The notes below the pieces were generated by a model, which was not told where the DNA came from, ran no database searches, and saw nothing but the letters and a program-made list of their open reading frames with translations. From assembly GCA_027622665.1 (NCBI GenBank), contig JAQBYT010000019.1, positions 1 through 64,000 of the forward strand: DNA of 64,000 nucleotides. Direction: 5' to 3'. Below, one piece after another: positions 55,295 to 64,000 of this stretch. Numbering within the stretch: the first letter of the stretch is position 1; each line of letters begins with the position of its first letter. Source of the DNA: Verrucomicrobiota bacterium. GTDB lineage: Bacteria > Verrucomicrobiota > Verrucomicrobiia > Opitutales > Seribacteraceae. The translations under genes and the position numbers were made by a program.

Positions 55295-58200
55295 ATGGAA
55301 CGCTCGGTGATTAACTTTCGTCTTTATTTTATTGTATTTGGGATTCTCCCTTTAAGTTCTTTTGTTTTTCTTGCATTTTCGCTTTTGGGTCAAGACAAGG
55401 CAAAGAAGGACCCTGCCCTTGACCTTTACTACAGCGCCAACGCTCTTTACAATCGTGGACTGTACGAATTGGCGGTGGATGAGTTCCGGTCCTTTCTTGG
55501 TAAGCATGCCAAGCATCCCAAGGCTCCCTTTGCCAATTTGGGATTGGGGTTGTGCCTCTTCCAGGCCGGCAAACCAGCGGAGGCGGAACCCGTATTTGCC
55601 CTAATTGCAAATAATAGTCAAATTCTTGCCCTTGCTCCCGTTCACAATTTGCGAGGTAATTGCCTGCTGACTCTCGGCAAGCATGTCGATGCGGAGAAGG
55701 CCTTTTCGGCTACTATCACTGCGGACAAGAATCCTGCCCACTTGGCCGATGCCTATGCAGGTTATGCCGAGGCTCTCTACAGTCAGGGTAAGTGGGCGGA
55801 AGTCGTCAAGGCGACTGATGAGGCTTATCGCAGGGCCCCTAAATCCCCAGTTGCTCACCGTTGTTCTCTGCAGGGAGCTTTGGCCCGTTTTGAATTGAAG
55901 GATTTTCCCGGGGCCAAGACTATTCTTGATCGGCTGTCGAAGGATAAGGATACCCCTGCTGATTTCGCTCAAGATGTGTCCTTCCTGCTTGCCGAATGCT
56001 TTCGGCAGGAGAAGGACTACAAGAATGCCGTCAAATACTATGATCAAGCTCGCAAGCAAGACGGAGCTCGTTCTCTTGAAGCCAATTACAGGCTCGGTTA
56101 CGTATACTTTCTCGATGGAAATTACGATCAGTCCATCCGTGAATTAGGCGATTTCGTTAAGACAAACAAGGGTTCCGAGCTTGTTACTCGTGCAAATCTT
56201 TACCTTGGGCGAGCGTATCTTGAGAAAAAAGACCTTAACAATGCTGTCAATGCTCTAGGGGGACTTGTCGGAGATTCCGAAACCGGTGCCGAGGCAGGAC
56301 TTTGGTTGGGTAGGGCACACTTGCGGAACAAGGATTTCGTGAAAGCCGAGCAATCCTTAAAGCCCATAGTTGATCGTTTTGGGGCAGGCGATCTTGGTGA
56401 TGACCTTCGCTACGATTACGCCACTGCCCTTATGCAAGGAGACAAGTTTGCCGAGGCTGCTCCTATCTTCGCCAAGGTGGACAAAAAGGGTCCGCTTGCC
56501 GCCAATTCTCTTTGGATGGAGGCATATTCTCTTCATCAAACCAAGAGCTACGCCATCAGTCTGACGCGTTGCGAAGTGTTCCTCTCCAGTCACAAAGAGG
56601 ATGGGAATGCCCCTGAAGTTCTTTTCATCCGGGCTGAAAACCTCTTCCTTTTAGAACGGTTCGGCGAGGCGGTCGTATCGTATGAAAGCCTGCTCAAAGT
56701 TAAGGGAATACTTCCCGAACGACAAGACGTGGTCGGATTTCGCATAGGCCAAATCCGTTACCAGGAAAAGAAGTGGCCCGAGTCTCTGTCGATGTTGGAA
56801 CCCTTGCTCAACAAGAATCCAAAAGGTCTTGCATTCACTCAGCTCCGCTATGTCGCGGGTGACTGTTACTTCAATCAAGGGGATTGGAAGAAAGCTATTA
56901 CTCAGTTTCAGAATTTCGCCCAGTCCCAATCGAAGGATCCCAATGTTGGTCTTGCTCTTTTCAAGCTAGGAAAATCGCGGGAGAATGATGGTGATGCTAA
57001 TGGAGCGATACAGACATTGCGCGAGATGCTTGCCGGTCACGGTAAGGGAGAGCATGCCGCCCATGCTTCGGTTGAACTTGGGCGGCTTCTTTACGAAGCC
57101 AAGCAATTTGCCGAGGCAAAGAAGATTCTCTTGCCGGCGGAGAAATCCAAGTTCGCCCCGCATGCCATTTACTTCCTTGGTTACATTGCTTTATCCGAGG
57201 ACAACCGAGCGGATGCGCTTGCCCGCTTTCAATCCCTATCTACCCAGCACTCCGAGCACGAATTGGCTTCGGACGCCACGCTTCAATACGGCAAACTACT
57301 TGCCCTCGAAGAGGAGTTCGCCAAGGCCAAACCCGTGCTTGACGGGTTCCTCAAAAAATTCCCGAACCATGCCAAAGCAGGGCAGGCTCACTTTTACTTG
57401 GGAGTCTCCTTGGCTCGTGAAAAGGGTTTTGCTGACGCGTTGAAGCGTTTCCAAACCGTTCTTTCCGGTGACAAGGCATCACCCTTGCGCGAACGTGCTT
57501 ATTATGAGTCCGCGTGGTGTGAGAAAGGTCTTGAGATGCCTCAAAATGCACGCAAGCTTTACCAGTCACTTGTCTCTGAGTTTCCTAAGGGCGATCTCAT
57601 TCTCGATGTTTCCTTCGAGTTAGCCGAACTGGAATTCGAGGCAAAGGAGTATGCCGCCTCCGTCGCTCGCCTTCAGAAAATTTTGCCGCAAGCTACTCGT
57701 CCCGACCTAAAGGAACGAGTGTTCTATCGAGTGGGTTGGAATCGTTTCAATTTGGGTGAAGATCAAGCCGCCGCCAAAGCCTTCGAGGATATGATCGCTC
57801 TCAACCCAAAGTCCGAGAAACTTGTTATGGCCTCCTATCAGGCAGGCGAAGCTCGTTTACGCATGAAGGATTACGAACCTGCTAGACAGCATTTTCTCCG
57901 AGTGGTCAAAGCCGGCAAGACCGAAGAGGGGCTACATGAACAGGCTCTCCTCCGCCAAGGTGAAACCGAGGGCTTTACCAATCGTTGGCCAGACTCTCAA
58001 CGATGCTACGAGGAGTTTCTTCGTGCCTACGGCGCCAGTGAATTTCTTCAGAGAGCCCGTTTGGGAATTGGATGGGCATTGGAAAACCAAAACCGTTATC
58101 CCGAAGCGATTAAGCGATACCAAGAAGTTCTGACTACCGGTGATCGAGACGAAACATCGGCAAGGGCCCAATTCCAGATTGGTGAATGCCAATTGATATC

Positions 58201-58420
58201 CAAGGCATACGACGATGCCATCAAGGCGTTTGTTAAGGTAGAAGTCAATTACGCCTACCCGAAATGGGCTTCTCGAGCACTCCTTGAGATGGGGAAAGCT
58301 CTAGAAGCCAAAGGCGAACCTCAAAAAGCCAAGGCCAATTACGAACAAATCGTTAAGAAGTATCCCGAGACAACTGCTGCTTCCGCCGCCAAGAACTTGA
58401 TTGCCAAGATAGGTTCATGA
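55295..58420 (+). CDS. Exported long tetratricopeptide-repeat protein (CpoB/YbgF- or BamD-like TPR pairs)
   Basis: Signal-peptide-like N-terminus; many 'A.Y..G..Y...' TPR units with 'F/YP' turns across 1041 aa. Confidence 0.9.
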   Translation: MERSVINFRLYFIVFGILPLSSFVFLAFSLLGQDKAKKDPALDLYYSANALYNRGLYELAVDEFRSFLGKHAKHPKAPFANLGLGLCLFQAGKPAEAEPVFALIANNSQILALAPVHNLRGNCLLTLGKHVDAEKAFSATITADKNPAHLADAYAGYAEALYSQGKWAEVVKATDEAYRRAPKSPVAHRCSLQGALARFELKDFPGAKTILDRLSKDKDTPADFAQDVSFLLAECFRQEKDYKNAVKYYDQARKQDGARSLEANYRLGYVYFLDGNYDQSIRELGDFVKTNKGSELVTRANLYLGRAYLEKKDLNNAVNALGGLVGDSETGAEAGLWLGRAHLRNKDFVKAEQSLKPIVDRFGAGDLGDDLRYDYATALMQGDKFAEAAPIFAKVDKKGPLAANSLWMEAYSLHQTKSYAISLTRCEVFLSSHKEDGNAPEVLFIRAENLFLLERFGEAVVSYESLLKVKGILPERQDVVGFRIGQIRYQEKKWPESLSMLEPLLNKNPKGLAFTQLRYVAGDCYFNQGDWKKAITQFQNFAQSQSKDPNVGLALFKLGKSRENDGDANGAIQTLREMLAGHGKGEHAAHASVELGRLLYEAKQFAEAKKILLPAEKSKFAPHAIYFLGYIALSEDNRADALARFQSLSTQHSEHELASDATLQYGKLLALEEEFAKAKPVLDGFLKKFPNHAKAGQAHFYLGVSLAREKGFADALKRFQTVLSGDKASPLRERAYYESAWCEKGLEMPQNARKLYQSLVSEFPKGDLILDVSFELAELEFEAKEYAASVARLQKILPQATRPDLKERVFYRVGWNRFNLGEDQAAAKAFEDMIALNPKSEKLVMASYQAGEARLRMKDYEPARQHFLRVVKAGKTEEGLHEQALLRQGETEGFTNRWPDSQRCYEEFLRAYGASEFLQRARLGIGWALENQNRYPEAIKRYQEVLTTGDRDETSARAQFQIGECQLISKAYDDAIKAFVKVEVNYAYPKWASRALLEMGKALEAKGEPQKAKANYEQIVKKYPETTAASAAKNLIAKIGS

Positions 58421-58462
58421 GCAATTCCTCTCCCCTTTGAAATAATCCGAAGAATACGCACC

Positions 58463-59299
58463 ATGAATAATTACCGCCTTTTCCTTTTCCTCTCCGCTTG
58501 CGCCTTGTCGTTTCTGGCAATGCCTCTTGGGGCCCAGCTTCTTGCTCAAGGCGAGGTCGCCGCCGAAGTTGCCAACGCAGGCGGTGCTCAGCCCGAATCT
58601 CAAACGCTTCTAGATCTGATCGAAAAAGGCGGTATGCTCATGATTCCCATCGGTCTTTGTTCGGTGGTAGCCGTTTACGTTGCCATCTGGCAGTTTCTGG
58701 CGCTTCGACGAGATCAATTGATGCCATCCGGTTTTGGTGCCAAGTTGCGAGAAAGTCTCGGAACAAAAGGTGAAGACTTGGTTAGTGGCTTGGCTTTTTG
58801 CGAGCAAGTCGGAGGTCCCGTCTCCCGAATATTTAAGGCTGGCATTCCTAAAATAGGAAAAGGGGATGAAGTCATCGAAAAAGCGATCGAAGATGCCGGT
58901 GCTCGCGAAGTCGGCAAAATGAAACGGCAGGTGCGTCCGCTTTCCGCCGTCGCGACCATATCTCCTCTTTTGGGCTTGCTCGGTACCGTCTATGGCATGA
59001 TCGGTGCGTTTCAGGCGGCAAGCGCCGCAGGAGCAGGCAAGGCAGATACCCTTGCCACCGGGATTTATGAAGCCCTTGTGACCACTGCCGCCGGCCTCAC
59101 TTTGGCTATTCCGGTTTTGATATGTCACCAAATCCTGATTGGGAAAATCGATTCTATGGTCGACGAGATCGATGACGTTGCCGTGGATTTCCTCGAACAC
59201 GTTGGAGGAAACGGCTCCGGTGACAAAAAGCCTTCAGCGAGGAAACTGAGAGCAAAGTCTAAGTCCGCATCAGCCAAGCCTGCCGTGGCGGCCGCTTAA
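58463..59299 (+). CDS. MotA/TolQ/ExbB proton channel family protein
   Basis: KGGMLMIPI; SPLLGLLGTVYGMI; GIYEALVTTAAGL. Confidence 0.94.
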   Translation: MNNYRLFLFLSACALSFLAMPLGAQLLAQGEVAAEVANAGGAQPESQTLLDLIEKGGMLMIPIGLCSVVAVYVAIWQFLALRRDQLMPSGFGAKLRESLGTKGEDLVSGLAFCEQVGGPVSRIFKAGIPKIGKGDEVIEKAIEDAGAREVGKMKRQVRPLSAVATISPLLGLLGTVYGMIGAFQAASAAGAGKADTLATGIYEALVTTAAGLTLAIPVLICHQILIGKIDSMVDEIDDVAVDFLEHVGGNGSGDKKPSARKLRAKSKSASAKPAVAAA

Positions 59300-59336
59300 A
59301 CTTCCTACTCTTTTCAATGCCCAACCCTAGAAAGCC

Positions 59337-59783
59337 ATGAGAATCGACCGAGATGAATCTTCGGATGATAACGTCATCAACATCTCTTCCCTGTTGGATG
59401 TTATGTTCATCCTGATCATATTTTTCCTAGCCACTGCCACCTTCACGGATGAGGAGACCGACCAGGCGGTAAACCTGCCCGACAGTTCGGTGGCGCCTTC
59501 CAGCCTGAGCGCCAAACCAAAGACGATTACCATCAATGTTCATGCCGATGGTTCCTACTTGGTTAACAACCCCGTGACGCAACGCCATGAAACCATGGAC
59601 TTGGTCGCGATGCGGGAAGAGCTTACTCGTGCCCTCGAATCGAACGCCGGACAGAAGGTACTTTTACGTGGTGATCGTAAAGCCTATCATGAAGCGGTAG
59701 CCATGGCCATGGCTTGCTGTAAGGAAGTGGGTTTTAACGACGCTAATATCGGTTACCAGTACAAGCTTTCCGCCGCTAATTGA
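59337..59783 (+). CDS. ExbD/TolR family biopolymer transport protein
   Basis: INISSLLDVMFILIIFF with the conserved Asp; VNLP; LRGD. Confidence 0.94.
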   Translation: MRIDRDESSDDNVINISSLLDVMFILIIFFLATATFTDEETDQAVNLPDSSVAPSSLSAKPKTITINVHADGSYLVNNPVTQRHETMDLVAMREELTRALESNAGQKVLLRGDRKAYHEAVAMAMACCKEVGFNDANIGYQYKLSAAN

Positions 59784-59793
59784 ATCTGAGTCC

Positions 59794-62700
59794 ATGAGCG
59801 AAGAACCGCAACAGTCCGAGCGGTCTCCCGATTGGAGGCAGCAAGCCTTGACCGCATGGCGATCTTTCGTCAGCGACAAGAAGCGCCTGTGGATTGTCGG
59901 GAGCATCGCAATCGCACTTATCGCTCTGCTAGTCAGGGGACTCGTTAAGCCAAACGTCTATGTTGATGGCGTGGCGGTGCGTCAGGATGCCGATTGGGCG
60001 CAATTGCGCGAGATAGTCTGGGAGACTCCCTCGCCGATTTCTCTCGATCTTAACAAGTCGGAGGATTTTTACGATCCTACGGTCACGGCGGACAATCTCT
60101 CTCTTGTCTTTGTGAAGGGGCGTCCGGGGGAAGGAGCCGACCTTTGGACCATGGACTGGAACGGTACGGTATGGGCGAATCCGCGGCCCGTCGATGAGCT
60201 GAACACCGCATCCTCTGAAATCGGTCCTGCTCTCACTCTCGATGGGACACTTCTTTACTTCGCTTCCGATCGCGAAGGAGGTCTTGGAGGTTTTGATATT
60301 TGGGTTGCTCCTCGGGGTATCGATGGAACTTGGGGCAATCCCGTAAACCTAGGCGAAAACATTAATTCCGCCTTTCACGAATATGATCCCGCCTTCCATG
60401 ATTTTTCGGGCCAACTTTATTATTCCTCCAACAGACCCAAGCGTGCCTTGACCGAAAAGGAGAAAGACGCATGGAGGGGTACCCTTCGCGAACTTCGCTT
60501 GGAGGAGGATTACGATCTCTTCGCCGCTCGCGTGTCTGCTACCGGGGAAGAGGTGCCAGTCACGCCTGCCTTTGATCCTTCCGAGCGAGTACATGCACTC
60601 AATACCACTTACAACGAAGGTCAAACCTCACTCGGTGCTCGTGGCGACTTCCTCTACTTCAGTTCCGACCGCAAGGGTGGGGAAGGGGGGTACGACATTT
60701 ACCGCAGTCGTTTATACGGAGGTGATATTCTTGCCCCGGAGAATCTTGGGGTTCCCGTAAATTCTTCTTTTGACGACATGGACCCCGCACTCACCATGGA
60801 GGGGCACCGACTACTTTTCAGTTCCGATCGACTCCCGGATATTACTCGCCCTTCGGGCGTACGTCATTTCGGTATTTTTCGCACGGTGGCTCGCGAAGTC
60901 GCTCCCATGCGATTGGACGAGGATTCCGCAGGCGGTTTTTGGCATTTTTGGGACAGCATGAAGTGGTGGTTGCTTCTCCTTCTCGCCAGTATCGCGGCTC
61001 TTTATTACCTCCTTCGCAAATGGGCCAAAGCAAAGGAGATGGGAGAGGTCGGTCTCCGGGCTCGTTGCATGATCGGTTCTGTAATAATTCATGTGGTACT
61101 TGCTCTTCTGTTCAGCCTCAAGGAGTTGGTTCAGGAAGTCATCGAGATGAAGGAGGCGACCATTATGGAGGCCAATCTCGACGTCGATGTCCTCGCCATG
61201 GAGAAGGAAGCTCTTGATATTCGAGAGGAGACGACCGAACTGCCCGAAGTCCAAGAATCGAAGGACGTCGAAATTGTTCGTCAATACGTCGAACCCGTCG
61301 AAGTTCCAACCGAAGCTGCCGAAGCTCCATCGACTCAACGGATCGAGGACTCCTTTGTCGTGGAAATCCAACCTGCCGTACGAATGGAGGTTCCTGCTCC
61401 TGCCGATCCGGTCGATCTTCCCGCCGAGACCCTCTCCAAGCCCGAGACGCAACCCCTCAAGGCTCTTGCCTTTGCACTTCCGACGTTACTACTTCTCGAA
61501 CAGTCCGAGCCGCTAGAGGCTCAGGCGGAGCCCCAGTTTGTCGAGGTCAGCGACGTAGTTCCGGCCACTCGGTCTAACACTCCCATCGAAGCAGTGGAAG
61601 ATGTTGCCGAGAAGGCTCCGAGTCTCAAGATTCAAGAACAGGTCGAGCTAACCGAAACCTCGGCCGTTCAACCTGTTGAAGCTCCCGAATCTCCATCACA
61701 ACCCACACCCGAGGAATTGTCCAAGGTCACCGACCTAGAATTGAAGCCTACCGATACTTCGGCCCGAGTCGAGATTACCCTCGAGAGTGATCGACAAATT
61801 GAAAAGGCTGAAAATATTCCTCAATTACAGGCCCCCACCTCGGACGAGTCCGTCGCCAAGGCCGCCGACCTCTCGCCCAATGCCGAGGCCAACGATTCGC
61901 CCGAGCGAGCCGAGGCGGAGATACGTGGGGGTGAGCTGGCCATGGCAGAGTCCGCTCTCAAGAGCGTGGAGGCCCCAACAAACGCCAGTGAGGAATCGGA
62001 TAAGCTGGAAAACCTTTCTCAACTTCCGTTGTCCGAGAACAACAGCACATCTCAGTCCTCCCTTACTCTCAAGCTCGAAGGGCGCACCCAAGTGGAAAAA
62101 GGCGATGATGCGCCCGACGTAGCGGCTCTCTCCGCCGACTCCGTCGTCGCCAAGGCCGCCGCCTTTTCTCCGAATACCGAATCCGATTCCGTCCCCGAAA
62201 AAGCCTCGACTGAGATCAGTGGAGGTGAGCTGGCTAAGGCTGAATCGATCCTGAATAGTGTCGTGACCCCCACGAACAGCCGCGAGGAATCAGATAAGTT
62301 GGAAAACCTTTCCAGCATTCCTCTGACCGAAAATAAAGCGACTTCACAATCATCCTTAACCGTCAGTCTGGAGGGGCGCCCTGAAGTGGAAAAGGGAGAA
62401 GATGCGCCCGATGTAGCGGCTCCCTCCACCGATTCTTCCATCGCCAAGGTGGCTTCCTTTTCTCCGAATACCGAATCCGATTCCGTCCCCGAGCAAGCCT
62501 CGGCTGAGATCAGTGAAGGTGAGCTGGCTAAGGCTGAATCGGTTCTGAATAGTGTCGTGGCCCCCACGAACAGCCGCGAGGAATCAGATAAGTTGGAAAA
62601 CCTTTCCAGCATTCCTCTGACCGAAAATAAAGCGACTTCACAATCATCCTTGACCGTCAGTCTGGAGGGGCGCCCTGAAGTGGAAAAGGGAGAAGATGCG

Positions 62701-64000
62701 CCTAATGTCGCGGCTCCCTCCACAGATTCTTCCATTGCCAAGGCGGCTTCCTTGACCAGCTCGCCAAATGCCTCCGACAGTCCCGAACCTACTGCAGTGG
62801 CAACCACCGTCATCCCCGACGGAATCATTAGCCAGGTTTCCGCCGCCAATCAAAAGGTGACCCTTGCTCCCTCGGAAACCCCTGTGTCGGACTCCCTCGC
62901 CGCTTTTCGCAACAAGCCATCGCCACTAGCCGGTGGTCCCAAGGTCAGCCAAATGGCAACTCAGGTCACTTTGGAGAACTCCCGAGATATTGCGGGCGGA
63001 CCCGCCGAGGCTCAAATTGCCGCTATCGCCGCCGATTCCGGAGTGGACAGGCTTGCTGCCTTGTCCGCCGTTACCTCCAAGCCCCTTGCCGCACCATCCG
63101 GACTTAGCATGCTTACGGGATTGAAACCCACCAACTCCGCCGTGCTCAAACTACCGAAATTTGGTTTGGCGGCTTCTCTGCCTACGGTCTCCGGTCCTAA
63201 ACTTTCCAATCCTATAAGCCTTCGACTGCCGCTTTCAGGGACTTCGCCCAATCTAGCTCTCGAGAGCAACCCATCTACCGATCAACCTTTCATCCTTCGC
63301 GATCCCAAACAGCGTGCTCGCGTTTTAGAGCGATTGGGCGGGACCAAGGAAAGCGAAGCAGCTGTCTCACGTGCCCTCGACTGGTTCAGTCGCCACCAGG
63401 AGAAGGACGGTAGCTGGTCGATAAACAAGCATGGAGGGCAAAAAAACCACGATGTCGCCTCCACCTCCTTTGCTCTACTTTGTTATTTTGGGTGGGGAGC
63501 AAAGCACAACAAGGATGGTCCTTATCGCGAGACTGTGGAGAAAGCTGTTCAATGGTTGGTGGCTCAAGTGAAGGAAGGTGACTTAACTAACGGCCAACAC
63601 AACGGAATGTACGATCAAGGCGTAGCCACTCTCGCCCTCGCCGAAGCTTACGGGCTCACCAAGGATCCGTCCCTTCGTGAACCCTTGCAGCAAGCGGTGG
63701 ATTTCGTTGTTGCCGCCCAGAACAAGACCCACGGAGCTTGGGACTACCGTCCGAACTCCAAACGTATGGATACTTCGGTCTCGGGTTGGCAACTGATGGC
63801 CCTTAAGAGTGCAGACTTGGCCGGGATAGAGATACCTGCTGATTCCCTCAGGCTTGCGGGCGTGTGGCTGGACCGAGTCTCATCCGGTAGCAAAAAAGGC
63901 ATTTATGGTTATGATCGAGCCGGGTTCAAGACTTCCGCCATGGTCGCTGAGGGAATGTTCTCCCAGCAAATCCTCGGAACAATGGATGCGAGTCACCCGC
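59794..64000 (+). CDS. Large 3'-truncated membrane protein: PD40 (TolB-like) propeller, TM helices including S-x3-H, Pro/Glu/Ser/Ala-rich repeat linker, prenyltransferase/squalene-oxidase-repeat domain
   Basis: Not in the ORF track because it has no stop in the window. Translated by hand from ATG 59794 (MSEEPQQS...): LYFASDREGGLGGFDIW, NLGENINS, SSDRKGGEGGYDIY; ALDWFSRHQEKDGSW, MYDQGVATLALAEAYG, AQNKTHGAWDY, DTSVSGWQLMALKSA. Confidence 0.88.
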   Translation, partial: MSEEPQQSERSPDWRQQALTAWRSFVSDKKRLWIVGSIAIALIALLVRGLVKPNVYVDGVAVRQDADWAQLREIVWETPSPISLDLNKSEDFYDPTVTADNLSLVFVKGRPGEGADLWTMDWNGTVWANPRPVDELNTASSEIGPALTLDGTLLYFASDREGGLGGFDIWVAPRGIDGTWGNPVNLGENINSAFHEYDPAFHDFSGQLYYSSNRPKRALTEKEKDAWRGTLRELRLEEDYDLFAARVSATGEEVPVTPAFDPSERVHALNTTYNEGQTSLGARGDFLYFSSDRKGGEGGYDIYRSRLYGGDILAPENLGVPVNSSFDDMDPALTMEGHRLLFSSDRLPDITRPSGVRHFGIFRTVAREVAPMRLDEDSAGGFWHFWDSMKWWLLLLLASIAALYYLLRKWAKAKEMGEVGLRARCMIGSVIIHVVLALLFSLKELVQEVIEMKEATIMEANLDVDVLAMEKEALDIREETTELPEVQESKDVEIVRQYVEPVEVPTEAAEAPSTQRIEDSFVVEIQPAVRMEVPAPADPVDLPAETLSKPETQPLKALAFALPTLLLLEQSEPLEAQAEPQFVEVSDVVPATRSNTPIEAVEDVAEKAPSLKIQEQVELTETSAVQPVEAPESPSQPTPEELSKVTDLELKPTDTSARVEITLESDRQIEKAENIPQLQAPTSDESVAKAADLSPNAEANDSPERAEAEIRGGELAMAESALKSVEAPTNASEESDKLENLSQLPLSENNSTSQSSLTLKLEGRTQVEKGDDAPDVAALSADSVVAKAAAFSPNTESDSVPEKASTEISGGELAKAESILNSVVTPTNSREESDKLENLSSIPLTENKATSQSSLTVSLEGRPEVEKGEDAPDVAAPSTDSSIAKVASFSPNTESDSVPEQASAEISEGELAKAESVLNSVVAPTNSREESDKLENLSSIPLTENKATSQSSLTVSLEGRPEVEKGEDAPNVAAPSTDSSIAKAASLTSSPNASDSPEPTAVATTVIPDGIISQVSAANQKVTLAPSETPVSDSLAAFRNKPSPLAGGPKVSQMATQVTLENSRDIAGGPAEAQIAAIAADSGVDRLAALSAVTSKPLAAPSGLSMLTGLKPTNSAVLKLPKFGLAASLPTVSGPKLSNPISLRLPLSGTSPNLALESNPSTDQPFILRDPKQRARVLERLGGTKESEAAVSRALDWFSRHQEKDGSWSINKHGGQKNHDVASTSFALLCYFGWGAKHNKDGPYRETVEKAVQWLVAQVKEGDLTNGQHNGMYDQGVATLALAEAYGLTKDPSLREPLQQAVDFVVAAQNKTHGAWDYRPNSKRMDTSVSGWQLMALKSADLAGIEIPADSLRLAGVWLDRVSSGSKKGIYGYDRAGFKTSAMVAEGMFSQQILGTMDASHP
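61780..62770 (+). repeat. ~3.3 tandem 294-bp (98-aa) coding repeats in the linker
   Basis: 'tctccgaataccgaatccgattccgtcccc' at 62167 and 62461, with a diverged copy at 61873; the last two units are nearly identical. Confidence 0.92.

Noticed and set aside
59907..63792. Apparent gene-poor region with only short ORFs in the track
   Set aside because: Artefact: one long plus-strand ORF from 59794 runs off the window without a stop codon
63300..64000. True squalene-hopene cyclase
   Set aside because: QW-like repeats are present, but the catalytic DXDD reads 'MDTS' and the domain sits at the end of a membrane-anchored linker; only fold similarity is supported

Overview
Bacterial chromosomal segment, probably from a marine Verrucomicrobiota (Opitutales-like) genome. 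This taxonomy is inferred from gene content and protein style, not from a marker gene. Left to right it holds five blocks. (1) The 3' ~12.7 kb of a giant (>4200 aa, 5'-truncated) repetitive surface protein with cadherin/Ig-like repeats, FG-GAP and SBBP-type propellers and a Trp-rich C-terminal domain; it is strongly enriched in D/E-X-N-X-S/T sequons. (2) Housekeeping and accessory genes: dxs, xseB, an M48 protease, MORN-repeat proteins, a VanZ-like and an FmdB-like protein. (3) A soluble PAS histidine kinase divergent from (4) a ~34 kb co-oriented flagellar cluster, flgB to fliW-csrA, with three clear sigma54 -24/-12 promoters. This flagellar system is unusual: FlgK and FlgL are each ~1070-1080 aa with shared CBM5/12-like inserted modules, FlgE is short, FliM lacks a good CheY-binding motif, MotB has lost its peptidoglycan-binding residues, FlhF is degenerate, and fliC, fliD, flgM, flhG and che genes are absent from the window. 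(5) A TPR-ExbB-ExbD operon followed by a large, 3'-truncated ORF that is missing from the supplied ORF track. That ORF fuses a TolB-like PD40 propeller, a TonB/TolA-like S-x3-H helix, a 98-aa-repeat linker and a prenyltransferase/squalene-cyclase-like barrel. No rRNA, tRNA, CRISPR array or mobile element was recognised.
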